Part shown: positions 13,085-28,532 of the stretch, piece after piece | How positions within the stretch are numbered: position 1 is the first letter of the stretch | How the letters are laid out: each line of letters opens with the position of its first letter | Assembly (NCBI GenBank): GCA_964016885.1 | Contig: OZ024742.1 | Coordinates: forward strand, 98,642,001-98,706,000 | Length of the DNA stretch: 64,000 nt | Direction of reading: 5' to 3' | Source: Eledone cirrhosa | Taxonomy: Eukaryota | Made by a program: the position numbers and the translations under genes | Notes under the pieces: generated by a model | What the model was told of the DNA's origin: nothing | Seen by the model: the letters and a program-made list of their open reading frames with translations, nothing else | Database searches by the model: none

Positions 13085-13120
13085 CTTAACGTTTCGGACG
13101 CGCTAGTCCTTCATCCGAAG
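13085..13120 (-). ncRNA. Minimal hammerhead ribozyme with one core change
   Basis: Minus strand CTT-CGGATGA-A-GGAC(tagcgc)GTCC-GAAA-CG-TT-AAG. Confidence 0.6.
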
Positions 13121-13839
13121 AAATAACGAGAAATAAGATAGATTGAGGGGATGGGCGGAATGGAAATGGAAAAAATGTCTTTAGATAAAATAACAGGTCC
13201 CTTCATGTTGACATCTCTTGCAAAACCGTTGGTGCTGGCGTTTTGTGTATGATTTATTTGAATGTATTATCTAATGAATCTATAATATTCCTTTCTAAAC
13301 ATTGTTCGTTCACTTATGTGTGAGCTGTACTGTGTTTATTTCATCGATCCTGTATATGTATAAGTATGCAATTCGTGTACTTCTGTCTCAATTCTGACTA
13401 AATATAGTGTTCTAAATTAATTATCATCTCTAAGATTTGAAATGACACATAATTTCTAATCCGAATATCTTATACATTTCGGCTGTAAATCCGTGTAGTG
13501 GAGTTACTTAAGTTTCTTGGTTCTTTATTTTCTCTATCGTAAAATTGAGTTTGTCCATATTATTGTCGCGCCAAAACATTACTTTCCCAGTCCTGTCCTA
13601 TTTAAAAATTCAATAAACTTTTTTTTTTACCAGACACAAAATGACTAGGAACATTCCTCTTCAAATGGAAATGAAGTTAGTTATTTTTTTCTCTCAATAT
13701 GCAAAATGTTTTGGTATTACGTGTCATTTGTCCTACCTTAATCGTGGAAAATTCTTCCATAATCCCCCTCTGAGAAACACTGTCAATCTTTCGTTCGTCA
13801 ACCCACGCCATTTTCACATCTTTCTTTTCATTTCCTAAA

Positions 13840-14568
13840 ATCTTCGGTTTGAGACGCCCGAATGCTGCATTTTCAGAACTAGAGCGCTACTCCTAGACAG
13901 GAGGAGACTAAAGTCGTTTAATGGGCGCAAGAGGCGGAGGCACCACATGGCAACAAATTCACAAGCCGGTCTTCGACGGACAATGAAGTGCACATGGTAC
14001 TCGATTTCAAGGAGATGTGTATGTTTTTTCAGCGATATTTCGCTCAAATATTAGGGAGCAGTGGTGGGCCGTAACGATTGATAGAATTCAAAGCCTACAT
14101 TTACAGTCTGCTGTGGCTATGAGTGGAGTGTTGCAAAAAGCCGATAACAACCGATGAAATATGGGTCGGCTGAAAGGACTGAAGACAGACACTTTCTCAT
14201 TTCGCCAAACCCTCATCCACTTATCTAGTTCCACTTAGATTGGTATTGTGACAATGGAGTGAGAAGTAGTGCCCTACATTTGTTATATGGTCGGTGAATG
14301 TAGCGTGTATGTCCCGAGAGAATGGGCCTAATGTGACCATGCGCCTGTAAGAGAGGGGAGGAATACACGCCTTGGATGCTCTTGGGGAGACTAGGGTGAG
14401 GTAGGGTAGGTGGCGTTCCTAAATCACCATTGGGTGTTACTCCCCAATATGGAGGAATTCTGTTGTCATCTCGTTTTTTACTCGATAACATATAACCCTC
14501 TACTATTTTTGTACTGACCTTTATTTTTCTGTAATTGTTACCAATAAACAAATATAATTATTATTATT
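13840..14568 (+). mobile_element. Old Tx1-like LINE fragments (ORF2 linker plus 3' end) ending in (ATT)n
   Basis: EMCMFFQRYFAQILGSSG resembles QMCASFQRHFARLFGGSG of the 39-45 kb element; NGPNVTMRL-stop resembles NGPSLYISL-stop; AATAAA followed by ATT repeats. Confidence 0.7.
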
Positions 14569-14791
14569 TGTCCTTTCCTCTTCCTTCAGTTTTGTTTCCA
14601 TTTCTTTTCAAGGGTCTTCCCGACACCTAGGGTAAAAAAACAAACTTACAGCATACATTTATAAGCCACAAAGAAAACGCATAAGATTTCTTACGTCAGG
14701 CACTTTACAGATTCACAAGTATATCATTTGCGTTGAATTATATTCAATCATGACAGCGTGCACACTTATTTACAACTTACATAATTATCGT

Positions 14792-14856
14792 TAACAGTGT
14801 TAAGTAACAGTGTTAAGTAACAGTGTTAAGTAACAGTGTTAAGTAACAGTCTTAAG
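14792..14856. repeat. 13-bp tandem repeat, 5 copies
   Basis: TAACAGTGTTAAG repeated five times with one mismatch. Confidence 0.95.
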
Positions 14857-15477
14857 TAAGATAAAAATACATAGCTTTTATTTAGCCAGTCCAATTGTGG
14901 TGTCTTTGTAACAAAGTTCAATTTGGATCAGTCCTCAACCACCTTCAATTCTGTGAAGGTAAAAAAGATCTTCATTTGTCTTTGGGTGATGCAGCTTATG
15001 ATTTTTGTGTTAATCTTCTTATTTCACTGATATTCCAGTTCATGACTCTCTTATTTACAACTGGAACTGTTTAGGAATATATTTGTGATGTACACTTAGC
15101 TCAGGTTTCAGAACTGTTCATACTCGCCAATAACATCCCTTCCTTATCTTCTCTCCCATAATTACATCCTGAATGCCGGAGCTTTCATTTATACTTTATT
15201 TCATAAATGTTTCAACATCCAGTTCGAATGTATTTGGAGGAATTCAAATAGTAGATTTCGGACAATTTCCAAACATCCTTGGCATAACAGTGTCACAGAG
15301 GAGGACTAAAGGCATGGATGTGCAAACATCAGGAGCTGTCGGAGATGCACGCAGCGCGGCAAATCTATCCTGCATAACATCACTCATAGCCTGTGCATTG
15401 CAGTGATGTAGTTTTGTGTCAAACAACTGCTATCAGTTGTAGAACACCTCCTGTTATCAACCTGGTTTAAAGTGAAA

Positions 15478-16059
15478 CTTGTACCGCCGCATTCCTTTAG
15501 AATAGAGGAGCGACAAGTATTCTCTTTCTTGCCTTGTAGCTATAGAGAAGGAAGTTGTATGGAAGACACGGCTAGGTCGTTTGAGAACAAGATTCGTCCT
15601 CTCCAGTCAAGCTACCATTAAGTTCCATTTGAGGAGAATTTAGAGAGGGAAGCGCTGGCTTTTACATTGTTTTATGAAAGATGGGCGAGGGCGGCGTGAT
15701 TAACGAGGCTGAATAGCACTACCATGATTATATTCTCTAAGCGTTAGGAAATAAACAGAGGAAGTGGATATCCAATACCCGTGAAGCCACAGTGTGATCC
15801 TGGGTTCGATGTGGAGTTCTCCCTGGAATTACTCTAAATTGAAGATACTTCACTACTCGGGAACTGTATCTTCTTGATATTCATTTTTTATATTGTTTCC
15901 GGTGTTATTTTTTATATATAGTTTTCTCTTCAATGATGATCTCTTTTCTTGTACTCGATGTAAATTCGAATTTATGTTTTCTTTTGTTCTTTTTTTTTGT
16001 TCTGTTATTGTCCCCTATGTCTTGAGCCCTAGTGGTCTATAAAATAAATCATTATTATT
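15478..16059 (+). mobile_element. Old Tx1-like LINE 3' fragment ending in (ATT)n
   Basis: CLVAIEKEVVWKTRL...FYERWARAA matches CVIAMAKEVVWWTRL...FYERWVKVA; the terminus TTGTCCCCTATGTCTTGAGCCCTAGTGGTCTATAAAATAAATC matches the family 3' end. Confidence 0.75.
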
Positions 16060-16590
16060 CAGTGGTCGTATATTTAATGTGTGATTTCTACGCGTTATCG
16101 AACGCAAATCTGAGTGCCGTGGGAAGTGCAGTGTTTGTGTATGTTTTGTACTTTTATTTGTATTGACCACGTAATATGAATGAAATGCTTAGAACTGTAA
16201 CCGTCTCTATGTTGTCCTTATCTGTAAGTGTTCTACATTTACATGTGTATTTGTCCATTTTAATCATTCCCAAGTCACCTATAATTATTATTACTGTTGT
16301 TGTTTCATTATTGTTATTCTTTTTTTCTTTTTACAGAGATTGTTTCTGTTTTCAGTGCTGTCCTACATTCTGGTTATCTCTATTTCCAGATCTTTATATT
16401 TACATAAAGCATGCCTTCATATTGAAGTTACATTATTGCCTGCTCTGTTGGGACGATTACTTCGATAAAGAAGCCATTTCCTCTCTTGTTGATAGTTAAT
16501 ACTTAACAATATTCGACAGGTTCCATTATAGAGTTGTTGTTGTTTTTGTTACTACTAATTTCCTCCTCTCCTCCTCTTTTTCTTACTACA

Positions 16591-16664
<74 letters not shown>

Positions 16665-17352
16665 CAACATTTATATAGTTTGTAATCTGGATTTTTACAG
16701 TGTGAAAATTTAATTTGAATACCGTCATATGAACAAAACACCAGTCGCTATTAATAAATACACATTGATATTATGTGTGCACACACTTACGTGCAGACAT
16801 ACACTGACAGGTATACAAAAAAATATATATTCTATAAATCTTGTTTGGAAAAATATATATAAACATTGGAAAAACAATTCGTTGGAGAATGATAGACTAA
16901 AACATCAACAACATTCTCAACATCATGAACACGAACAATGTGATAAACAAAAGCAGTAAGATTAAATAAAATCAATATACATATCTCCCCTTCTCCATAA
17001 ACACCACAAACAACAGTAGCAGGAACAAAAACAGAAACAATAATGAAGACCAGCATAATAACAGCAAGAACGATAAACAGCATCATTATTACCGATTCCA
17101 ACAGAAAATTCAGCCAATAATTTAAAATATAAATAGTAAATTAAAAAACAATAACTAAAATAAATGAAGGTAGGAAGAAATGTTTTTTCAATATTGAAAT
17201 TTCAATGGAAATTCATTGCAAAGTATTGGAAAATGCAACATGTGTCCTGCAGTGAAGTTTAATTACTCTATTATGCTGTCAATGTAGGTAGACACATTTG
17301 TCAAATACCATTCTCTTTTTCTCTCTCTCTCTCTCACTGTGCCACCTCCATC

Positions 17353-18184
<832 letters not shown>

Positions 18185-19170
18185 CATACATACCTACATA
18201 AAATACACTTACTTTACAATTATATAAATTTACTTCAATGTTCTCATAACACTATATTTTATGCCGATCTATCTATCTTTACACACGGAAACACATAGGT
18301 GTGTATGAACATGGGAAGTAAGACAATGATATTTATACTGTTTATTGATTCTTATATAACATGCTATAGCAACATACACACACAAACGCACGCACCCATA
18401 TGAATATATATATATATATACACCCATATATAAATATAAATATATATATGTGTGTGTAAGTATCAATGTGTGTGTATAAGCATGAATGTATACATGTGAA
18501 TGTGTACCGACCAGCTGGAAGATATATATATATATATATATATATATTCTTTGTCTATACCATTGGACATTGTGTGATTTAGAGAATGGCATTGTTGTTT
18601 ATGTGTGTAAATCCATACCAAATCCATGATGAACTGCACCACAGTTGCCCGAAAGATACAGTGCTATATAAGCCTCCTACGCTCCCATTATCACACCCGG
18701 TTAATATATCTATATCCCCAAGCTTCGTTCACGTTAAGCTGCACAAATCAAGTCTCCCCAGATGCTATATCTAATCTATTCTTCGAAACATTCTCCCATC
18801 ATACAGTTTGTAGGTGTGTAAACCTACAAGCACATCCACAATTATTTAGATTACCCTTCATTTTACTATACGTCACACTCAGTTCGTAATAACATTCAAT
18901 AAAGGGAGAAATCATTATCTCTATTGATTTATTACACACTAAGAAAATAATAAAATTGAAAATGGAAACAGCCTGATTCCGGTTTGTCAATATATCCCTT
19001 CCTATTCTCTCAATATATACATATACATACATATATATACATATATATATATATATGTTTACCTGTGTGTTTGTGTGTGCGTTGTATATAGGTATCTGCG
19101 TGTGTGTGTGTGAGTGTATATGTGTAGATAAGTTATATTGATTAGACACGAGCATAAGAGAACGTCTGGC

Positions 19171-19248
<78 letters not shown>

Positions 19249-19313
19249 ATATATATATATATACATGTATATATATATATATATGAATGTATATATATAT
19301 ATATATATATATG

Positions 19314-19384
<71 letters not shown>

Positions 19385-19737
19385 ATGTAATAAATATATA
19401 TACATTATATATATATATGCATATATAAATACTTACTTACTTATACCCCCCCCCCCCCACCTATATATATATAGTCACATATAAATACGTACAGACAGTT
19501 GGAAAACATAGACATGAACACGTTTTATTGATGAAATGTCACCAAAACCATTCAACCCCTATACCCGCTGCCTGTCTTAATGAACTAATATATATGCTAA
19601 TTTAAACCTGTCACCAGCGCCCCCACCCTATATCTCACCACAATTAGTCTCTGTAGTACTATCAACGACAATAAACACATATTCTATCACCCACACTACT
19701 GCTACTACTGCTACTACCCACATTACCATCATACCTT

Positions 19738-20400
19738 CATCACCACCACAAAGAAACCCCATCATCTAAACCACAACCAACACCACCATCACAACCACAA
19801 CCAACACCTCCATCACCACCACGATCAATACCACCATCACCACCACAACCAATACCACCATCACCACCACAACCAACACCTCCATCACCACCACAATCAA
19901 TACCACCATCACCACCACAATCAACACCACCATCACCACCACAAAGAAACCCCATCATCTAAACCACAACCAACACCACCATCACAACCACAACCAACAC
20001 CTCCATCACACCACAACCAATACCACCATCACCACCATAAACAATACCACCAGCACCACAGTCACCATTACCACAACAAACAACGGAATCACTAACCTCC
20101 CTCGCTTCAAAAATAACCATCATAACAACTATAAAATCAACCACCACCACAAACACTACCACCACCACCACCAATACCACTACAACCACCAGCAACACAA
20201 CTACCTCCACTACCACTACCAGTACCAGCACGTACACCACCATCACCACTAACACCACCACTATTACCACCACCACCACCACCAGCACAACTACCAATAC
20301 CACCATCAACATTACCTCCACAAACACCACAACTACCATTGCCACCACCTCGACTACATCTTCGTCCATGACCACCACGCTCACCTTGACATTATCGGTA
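19738..20400. repeat. 24-bp CCACCATCACCACCACAACCAATA-like minisatellite grading into (ACC)n low complexity
   Basis: Direct inspection. Confidence 0.85.
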
Positions 20401-21570
20401 CTGTTCTCAATCACAAGTACAATAGCAATACATCCAACACTGACACATGAGTAACAGCAAAAATGATCCCCAGCCCGGCACTGGCACCAAGCGTCACCAC
20501 CTTGATTGTAACAATCGCCAACCCAACCTGCCCAAAATGCATCAACAATAACATTCACAAACAATAACAATAACAATCATCACCATCAAAATAACAAGCA
20601 TCTCGACAACAACAAACTCCCACCACAACTAATTCTCTCTCAACGCAACAATAACAACAGAAAAACAAACCTTGCTACTGCTATAAAAATAACAAACATC
20701 ACTAGCCATCAAAAAATGTTATAGTCAGGTAAAACTACCAAAAGTTTAGAACAAAAGACAGGAGATAAAAAAGGCATACGCACACACACTCTCATAAACA
20801 CAGACACTCAGCTGTATATATACATACCCACACGCATCCACATGTACACATATATAACACGTCAGAAATGTTAGTTTTGAATGACTCAATCAAGCAAATT
20901 TAGAAATGCATATACAAGGACGGTATTTTGGTAGAACTGTTAGAACGTCGAATAGAATACTTTGTGGTACTCGTTCGGCACTCTGCTCTCGGAGTTCAAA
21001 TACCACTGATGTCAACTTTGATTATTTCGAGGTCGTTAAAAAAAATTACCAGTCAAGTACTGGGTTGATTCTTCCTCTATATATATATTTCACACTTCCA
21101 TTCTTTCACTCTCTATCCCCCCCCCTGGAAGAAATTTGCTCTATTCAGACGAGGAGAGGGATGGGCTCCGCCACAATTTAAAATGCCCTAGAAACGGCGC
21201 CCCAACGACTCAAGTTGTGGGGATTATACATGCATGCATAGATGTAAATACTGGCACGCTTAAAAATCCAAATAAACAAACTCTCGCATGCATTGCAATT
21301 GAAAATAAACTTAAATTTTCTATCACATGCAATGATGCATATGTATTGATACACATTCACACATATAAATACACACAAGCACTGATATATTCAAAAACAT
21401 ACAACGAAACCTATAGCCATGGACGTAGATAGACTCTCACAGAACACAATCAATAGACATACAAACAGAATATATCACATAAAATGACAAACACCGATAG
21501 CCATTCCAGCACACATCTAAACTCGAACGTGTGAATATATGTATATATACAATATATGTATATATATGTG

Positions 21571-21643
<73 letters not shown>

Positions 21644-21759
21644 ACATATATATATATATAGAGAGTTAATTATTAGACAGGAACAAAAAACAGAGAGGCA
21701 GTACAAATGGTAGTTTATTAGGTTCACGCTTATGAGAGTGATGAGGGGGGGGGCTATAT

Positions 21760-21830
<71 letters not shown>

Positions 21831-22052
21831 AGTACGTATGTATGTATACGTACATACATATATGTATACAGACGTACAGTAGTATGCATATATATACATT
21901 CATGCACACATATATATATATGCACGTATCGGTTTACCGAACATTTATTATAATGCTCGGTTTGTTTGTTTGTAAACAAACAAAGAGCCCGAATTACACC
22001 GTACAGTGTTTAGGCAACCACGTCACCTTTTTGTTCACCACTGACACAGGAA

Positions 22053-22093
22053 CCATGTACTAGTTTCAAGCTTATTAGCTATCATCAGCATCG
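22053..22093 (-). ncRNA. Minimal type I hammerhead ribozyme with palindromic helix III
   Basis: Minus strand CGATG-CTGATGA-T-AGCT(aata)AGCT-T-GAAA-CTAG-TA-CATGG; the core is intact. Confidence 0.7.
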
Positions 22094-22214
22094 TATACCT
22101 TCCTGCCAGATGGTTGAACATCTGAAAGTATATACTTTCCTTATGCATATTAACGGTTGAGCAGCCTAATTTGCATATTGAATGAGTTCAGTCGGTTGGG
22201 CGTACCGAGAACGA

Positions 22215-22518
<304 letters not shown>

Positions 22519-23146
22519 GTGTGTGTGTCTGTGTGTCTGTGTGTCCGTGTGTTCGTGTGTGCGTATGTGTGTGTGTCTGTATGTGTGTGTCTGCGTGTAT
22601 GTGTGTGTGTGTGTGTGTGACTGTGTGTCTGTGTTTCTGCAATCTTAAAAACATTATGAAAAAGATAACGAGCGGAAACAACAAAAACGAAACACAATTT
22701 TTTAAGGAGAAATCGTAAAGAATTATTTTTCAAAAATAAAAATACAAACGAAGGAAAGAGAACTCCATGGTTACTGGCCGTTACATGGAGTATAAACCGT
22801 TTGTAAAAACTCTCAAATGACTCAGTAATTTGAATATATTTAGAAAATGTAAAAATCCCAACTGTAGAAAATAAAAGCGAGCTTAAATATTGGGTAAAAA
22901 TACACCTAGCGATTGGGAAATGTAGTAATTCTTTATATGTAGGTTAATTTTCAATTCATAACACGATAGACTATTAATAAAGTGTGCATATATGTGATTG
23001 AATGGGCAACTAGACAACAGCTATCAGCTTAAGGAATGAGTTTGGAGGATTGTAGTCATTTCAGGAAAGGACCTGATTTTAGAAAGCTTTCCTGAGGAGC
23101 GATCCACGATGAAGACACCTTCAAATATAGTGCTTCTCTTTCTCTC

Positions 23147-23214
<68 letters not shown>

Positions 23215-23269
23215 ATTGCGTGTGTGTATGTGCGCGCGCGTGCGTGTGTGGGCATCATGTGTGTCTGTA

Positions 23270-23334
<65 letters not shown>

Positions 23335-24601
23335 CAATAAATTCCCCATTTGTGTGAGATGGGGCTGCTTTTTCATGGTAATACACCACTTTCTGACATT
23401 ATTGCTCATCCTTTTCAGGATAAGGAACTGTCAACCCTGTGACGTGTCAAAACTGTTAAACTGCAACCGCTTCGATTACATGTCGGAAATGAGCAGTTTG
23501 GTCGTCAACTAAGTAATGGCTTGAGGCATGACATATCTAAAATAATAGAGCTATGTGATATAACTAGTCGTTCCACTGGCCATCTAGCATATCACATGTC
23601 TGCTTCATCATTGCTAACCTAAGGCAATGCCCCAACACCCCCACCCCACCCCTTCATTACAATCACCAACACTACCACCACTTCCACCACTATGCCATCA
23701 ACAGCACTTTGCCATCAGTGTAAACAATGAAAGCAAAAATAATAAAAGCAAAATCCCAGCACCAACAAACCAACAACAATATCAACAACAAAAACATTAA
23801 CCACAGCAACAATTACAATGGCATCACTAGCAACCAACAGCAACAACACCATCGCTGCCTCCACTACAGCATCACCGTAAAAACCCTCACCACAACCACG
23901 AACGACCATTCAGTACCACCACAGCAGCCTCACAAATATGGATAAAAATAAAAACAAAAATAGCAAGACCATGAATACAAGCCTCATCACCACTAACATC
24001 AATACTAAAACTAAAATGAATACCAACCGCAATCCCACCTTCACAAACTTGTTTGACCCTGTTCCTTCTTAAATTTTTATCAGGTTTCGCTGTGACCTAT
24101 CTTCTCTTTCACTCTATCTAATTTGTTGCTATCAACTCTTCCCCCTCTTTCTTCCTCTGCCTTTCTCCCCCTCACTTTCACTCTCCCTCTCTCTGCTAGC
24201 CACCTCACTGTTTCTCTCGCCAGCTCCTCTTGCTGTCTCTTTCTCACTCTTGCGTAGGTCAGACGTTATTTCTTTCTCATCCACACAAATCTCGAACTTA
24301 AGTTCAGTAATTGATGTTGATTTTATTTTTTTCTCTCTCTTCGAGTTGCTCACACACATGTGCTTCGGGTTTCCCTCTTAGACTTGTTGTTTCTCCTTTT
24401 CTCTCGGTGTTTTCCTTTTTCTCCACCTTTCCCTTCTGTTACTATTTTTTTCTCTCTCTTACCTTCTTTTTCCAATAACTTCCTTGAGTTATTGACGGAC
24501 TGGGGTAAGATATAATGTCTTTAATGCGTTGAAATATACATGACCCCCAGCTTATACGTACATCTTATCCAGCAACTACACAGGCCCTGTTCCTTCTTAT
24601 A

Positions 24602-24662
<61 letters not shown>

Positions 24663-24725
24663 CGAAGGACTATTGTTATCATATGTAACCCATGTGCAAA
24701 CCACGCAGTATTCTTCTTTCTTCTC

Positions 24726-24759
<34 letters not shown>

Positions 24760-25732
24760 AGAAGAGATGATATCCTAAACGGACGGTAGTCCGTTTAGTA
24801 ATATTATTGTGGTCGTGTTTTCGTTGGCAATCGTCTGTTTACGACAGTACAGCGTGGCTCTACTTTATTTAACTGAGATAAAACTTATATGAGCATGAAC
24901 AGTAGATCATTACGCATCTTTTGGCTTAAAAATCTAGAAATTTGGTCCAGCGGGAAAAAAGTTTATAATCAAAGTTTGCTGATAAATCTTGTGTTCAAGT
25001 GAGTGAGTAGTAAGCGTGACGCTAGGGGAGGTAATTACGAGGTAATTACAAGGGGAGGTAATCTAATATATTTCAAATTGTATTTTTAACTAAATTCATT
25101 TATCATAGTCTAATATTTTAAAAATAGGTGAGTGCTCCACGATGATGACCCATGTCCCCGCCATGTGGAGGGGATGCTTAGGAGCCATCCAGATATCATG
25201 TGACCATTTTTGGTTCGCGGTGTCCACATGATATCTGGATGGCCCTTTATACTAATTAGTCATTTATCTGCATAAAAATTATACCAGATCATTCTGATTA
25301 TTGGCTTGAAATCTTTTACAAAATTAGCATGAGCAACTAAGAGGTCATCAATAGACATAGAATTACTTTTTGAAGTTTTCATGCACAGCATTTTTGGGGA
25401 TTTTAAATAAAAGTTAATATCATAATTCTTATTTTGTATACCCACATTGCAGATACAGAGAATCATGACAATCCTATATAAAGGTCGTAGACAGCAGTAT
25501 CAGTTTTTATCCGTAACACCATTGAAATGCACAAGTTTCACCAATTCACTAATATGCACTAATCATCTCAAATGCATTCATGATTTACTAGCTTTGTCAT
25601 TAAGCCAGTTGCCTCAACTAGATTGCAATTATACTCAAAAGAACGTTAAAATGTCAATCACTTGTCAGTAATTCACTATGATTTTTTAATTATTAGATAG
25701 TTGTTGCTTGCATTGCCTTAAAAAATAGTTGA

Positions 25733-26744
25733 CCAGATAGAAAAATGCGTACAGCAAAAAAAAGTAATATTGTTGGTATATAAACCTTTAAAAATACAAG
25801 ACAAGAAACTAAAATAAAACTTTAAAAGAATAGGACAAGAAACTAAGATAAAACTTTAAAGAATTGGACAAGAAATAAAAAATGTTACAATAATATTAGT
25901 GGCAACATTTGTTTATTCGTTTCCTGTGCTATGCCCCAGTATCTTCTTGATTAGTGCATAATAATTGTCATGCTCTCATTGTGCGTTGCCCCTGAGCGGT
26001 TGGTTCTGGTTGGGGTTGGTTGGCTGAGCAATTCTGCTCCTTCAAAATGACCATTGCAAGAAGAATTGGCCGATGCAGCTGCAGGTCTCCTCCAAGAATG
26101 CACTTCTGGTCCCGCAACACCAGACGAAGATGGAGAAGACGACCGGGAGAAGATGTCGACTCTGACCACCGACTACGGCACCTCCCTCAACCACCGGTCC
26201 TCCTCCCTCTGTCCCGTCATTCCTCCAGTCCTCCTGCTCCCCCTTCCTGTACCAGAAAGCTGTGGCACGCATTCATCTGGACTGCCGGACTTGAACTCAA
26301 GGACAAGATGCAAGGAGAAGATGGACGGGTTGGTCAAGATCAAGGATGAGCGGGACGACAAGACCGTCCACTGCTGCTCAAGATCTGTGCTCATGGGCCC
26401 ATGGGTCCATTCACATTATGCATGACACATGAGGCGTGTCGCCGAATGATGAAATAGGGGTATGGTTATGGCCCAATTGGTGTTCAAACCAGGATCAATG
26501 ATCCCCCCGGTCTGACGACGACCTCTGAATGTGGAACCCAGAGCCTATGAATGTGGAACTCGATTTTTTACCAATAAAAATTTTGCCACTAATATTATTG
26601 TAACATTTTTTTATTTCTTGTCCAATTCTTTAAAGTTTTATCTTAGATACTTGTCCTATTCTTTTAAAGTTTTATTTTAGTTTCTTGTCCTGTATATATA
26701 CCAACGATATTACTTTTTGTTGCTGTACGCATTTTTCTATCTGG
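25733..26744. mobile_element. Element of about 1 kb with 175-bp terminal inverted repeats and a GC-rich interior
   Basis: CCAGATAGAAAAATGCGTACAGC...ATTAGTGGCAA (25733-25905) is mirrored at 26583-26744; the right end abuts (TA)n. Confidence 0.8.
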
Positions 26745-26771
26745 TATATATATATATATATATAAGAAGGG

Positions 26772-26819
<48 letters not shown>

Positions 26820-26823
26820 TATC

Positions 26824-27183
26824 ATAGGAACGATCGACTTTCGTCATATCGGAGCGAGGGAACAATGTTTCCGTTGGTCTTTCCAATTGCTAATACTAAC
26901 TATCGGTCGCAACTCCAGGTAGAAGAGCAACGTGAAATAAAGTGTCTTACTCAAGGACATAACGCATCGCCTGGTCCAGGAATCGAACTCACAAGCTTAC
27001 GATTGCGAATCCAATTCTCTAACCACCCCGCCACACGCCTTCACTGAAGGCGTGTGGCTGAGTACTTTATTTCACGTTGCTCCTTCTACTTGTAGTTGCG
27101 ACCGATAGATAGTATTAGCAATTGGAAAGACCAACGGAAACATTGTTCCCTCGGTCCGATTTGACGAAAGTCGATCGTCCTAT
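26824..27183. mobile_element. tRNA-derived SINE (minus) with a head-to-head inverted, internally deleted duplicate
   Basis: Minus-strand GTGGTTAGAG...GAGTTCGATTCC...TCCTTGAGTAAGACACTTTATTTCACGTTGCTC; arms 26824-26940 and 27064-27183; central GCCACACGCCTTCA-C-TGAAGGCGTGTGGC. Confidence 0.85.
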
Positions 27184-27686
27184 TCTATTCTATATATATC
27201 AGCCCGTCTGCGAGGTGAAGTGACTGTTGCAGTGGGTGTCACTGGCCATTGTCCGTGTAAATGCCTTTGCCATTTTGATCATGGGCCAATATAGAGTCTG
27301 CACCCTCTCCTCTTCCCTCTTTCTTCACTCCTATCCAGTATTCCTTACTCTTCCCCTGTTTTCCTCTCATTTATGAGATTTATAGTCCTTTCCAATGCTG
27401 CATTATTGTTCTGTATGTTTAACCAATTCATAGTTATATCAACAAAAACATTATTTTTACAAATGATCAATATCTAAAAAACGTTAAGAAAATTTAAAGG
27501 AAAGAATAAACCTTTATATTTCGACATGTACTCTAGCTATTATCCTTTATACCATATTCCCTGAGAATGATATATATATTGAGTTACATTTGGTAATCAT
27601 TACACAATTCGCATTATGTTTGGCAAATTGTCAAGCGAGCAATCCTACTGAAACACATGTTGAATTTATAAATAATGAAACTTCTA

Positions 27687-27794
<108 letters not shown>

Positions 27795-28329
27795 TTCTCT
27801 CTCTCTATCTCTCACTCTCTCTCTCTACTTCTGTATGTGTGTGGGGTCTATTTTGCAATACATGCTCACAGCTATTTTAATGCAGATGTATTATCGCCTT
27901 TTCTTGTTTATTTCATTTCATCGCAGAGTTCGTGTGTGTATGACTATGAACAGAGATTGACTGACCCCTCACACCACACTCATCTCACAAGATAGAACAA
28001 TTATCCTTCTTGTACCTACGCACCTTTTATTGGGTTCCCTTTGATTCTACGCATTGGCGTACTAATATATTAGTAGTGACAAGATTTTGCATGGAACTAC
28101 ATGCTGGTCATGTGAATATATATATATATGTGTGTGCGTGTATATACTCTGTGTATATATATATATATACATATATATACCTATATATATATATGTATAT
28201 ATATATACATATATATATATACATATATGTATATATATATATACATATATATGTATATATATATATATATATGTATATATATGTATGTATACACGTGTGT
28301 GTATATATATATATATACACAGTGTATAT

Positions 28330-28410
<81 letters not shown>

Positions 28411-28532
28411 TGTATATATAGTGCATTTGACAATACACTGTATGCTTAATTAAAAGCAATTTGAAGACCTTACGCTATTGTTTTAAAGTAGTGAATATGT
28501 CACTTACTTCCCTTTTCAACAAACAAAGGACA

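Noticed and set aside
14792-14856. Short regular repeats as a CRISPR-like array (also 3820-4020 and 56925-57430)
   Set aside because: No spacers, no cas genes and a eukaryotic context; these are plain tandem repeats.
14900-15470. Coding-like minus-strand stretch
   Set aside because: Multiple stops and no identifiable motif.
19740-20576. Gly/Cys repeat or mucin-like Thr/Pro ORFs
   Set aside because: Minisatellite and (ACC)n low complexity; frames are broken and there are no exon boundaries.
23085-23125. CTGAGGA hammerhead-like start (also 36048 and 36710)
   Set aside because: No correctly placed GAAA or pairable helices.
26940-27045. Possible tRNA gene
   Set aside because: The A/B boxes belong to a SINE head; there is no full cloverleaf.
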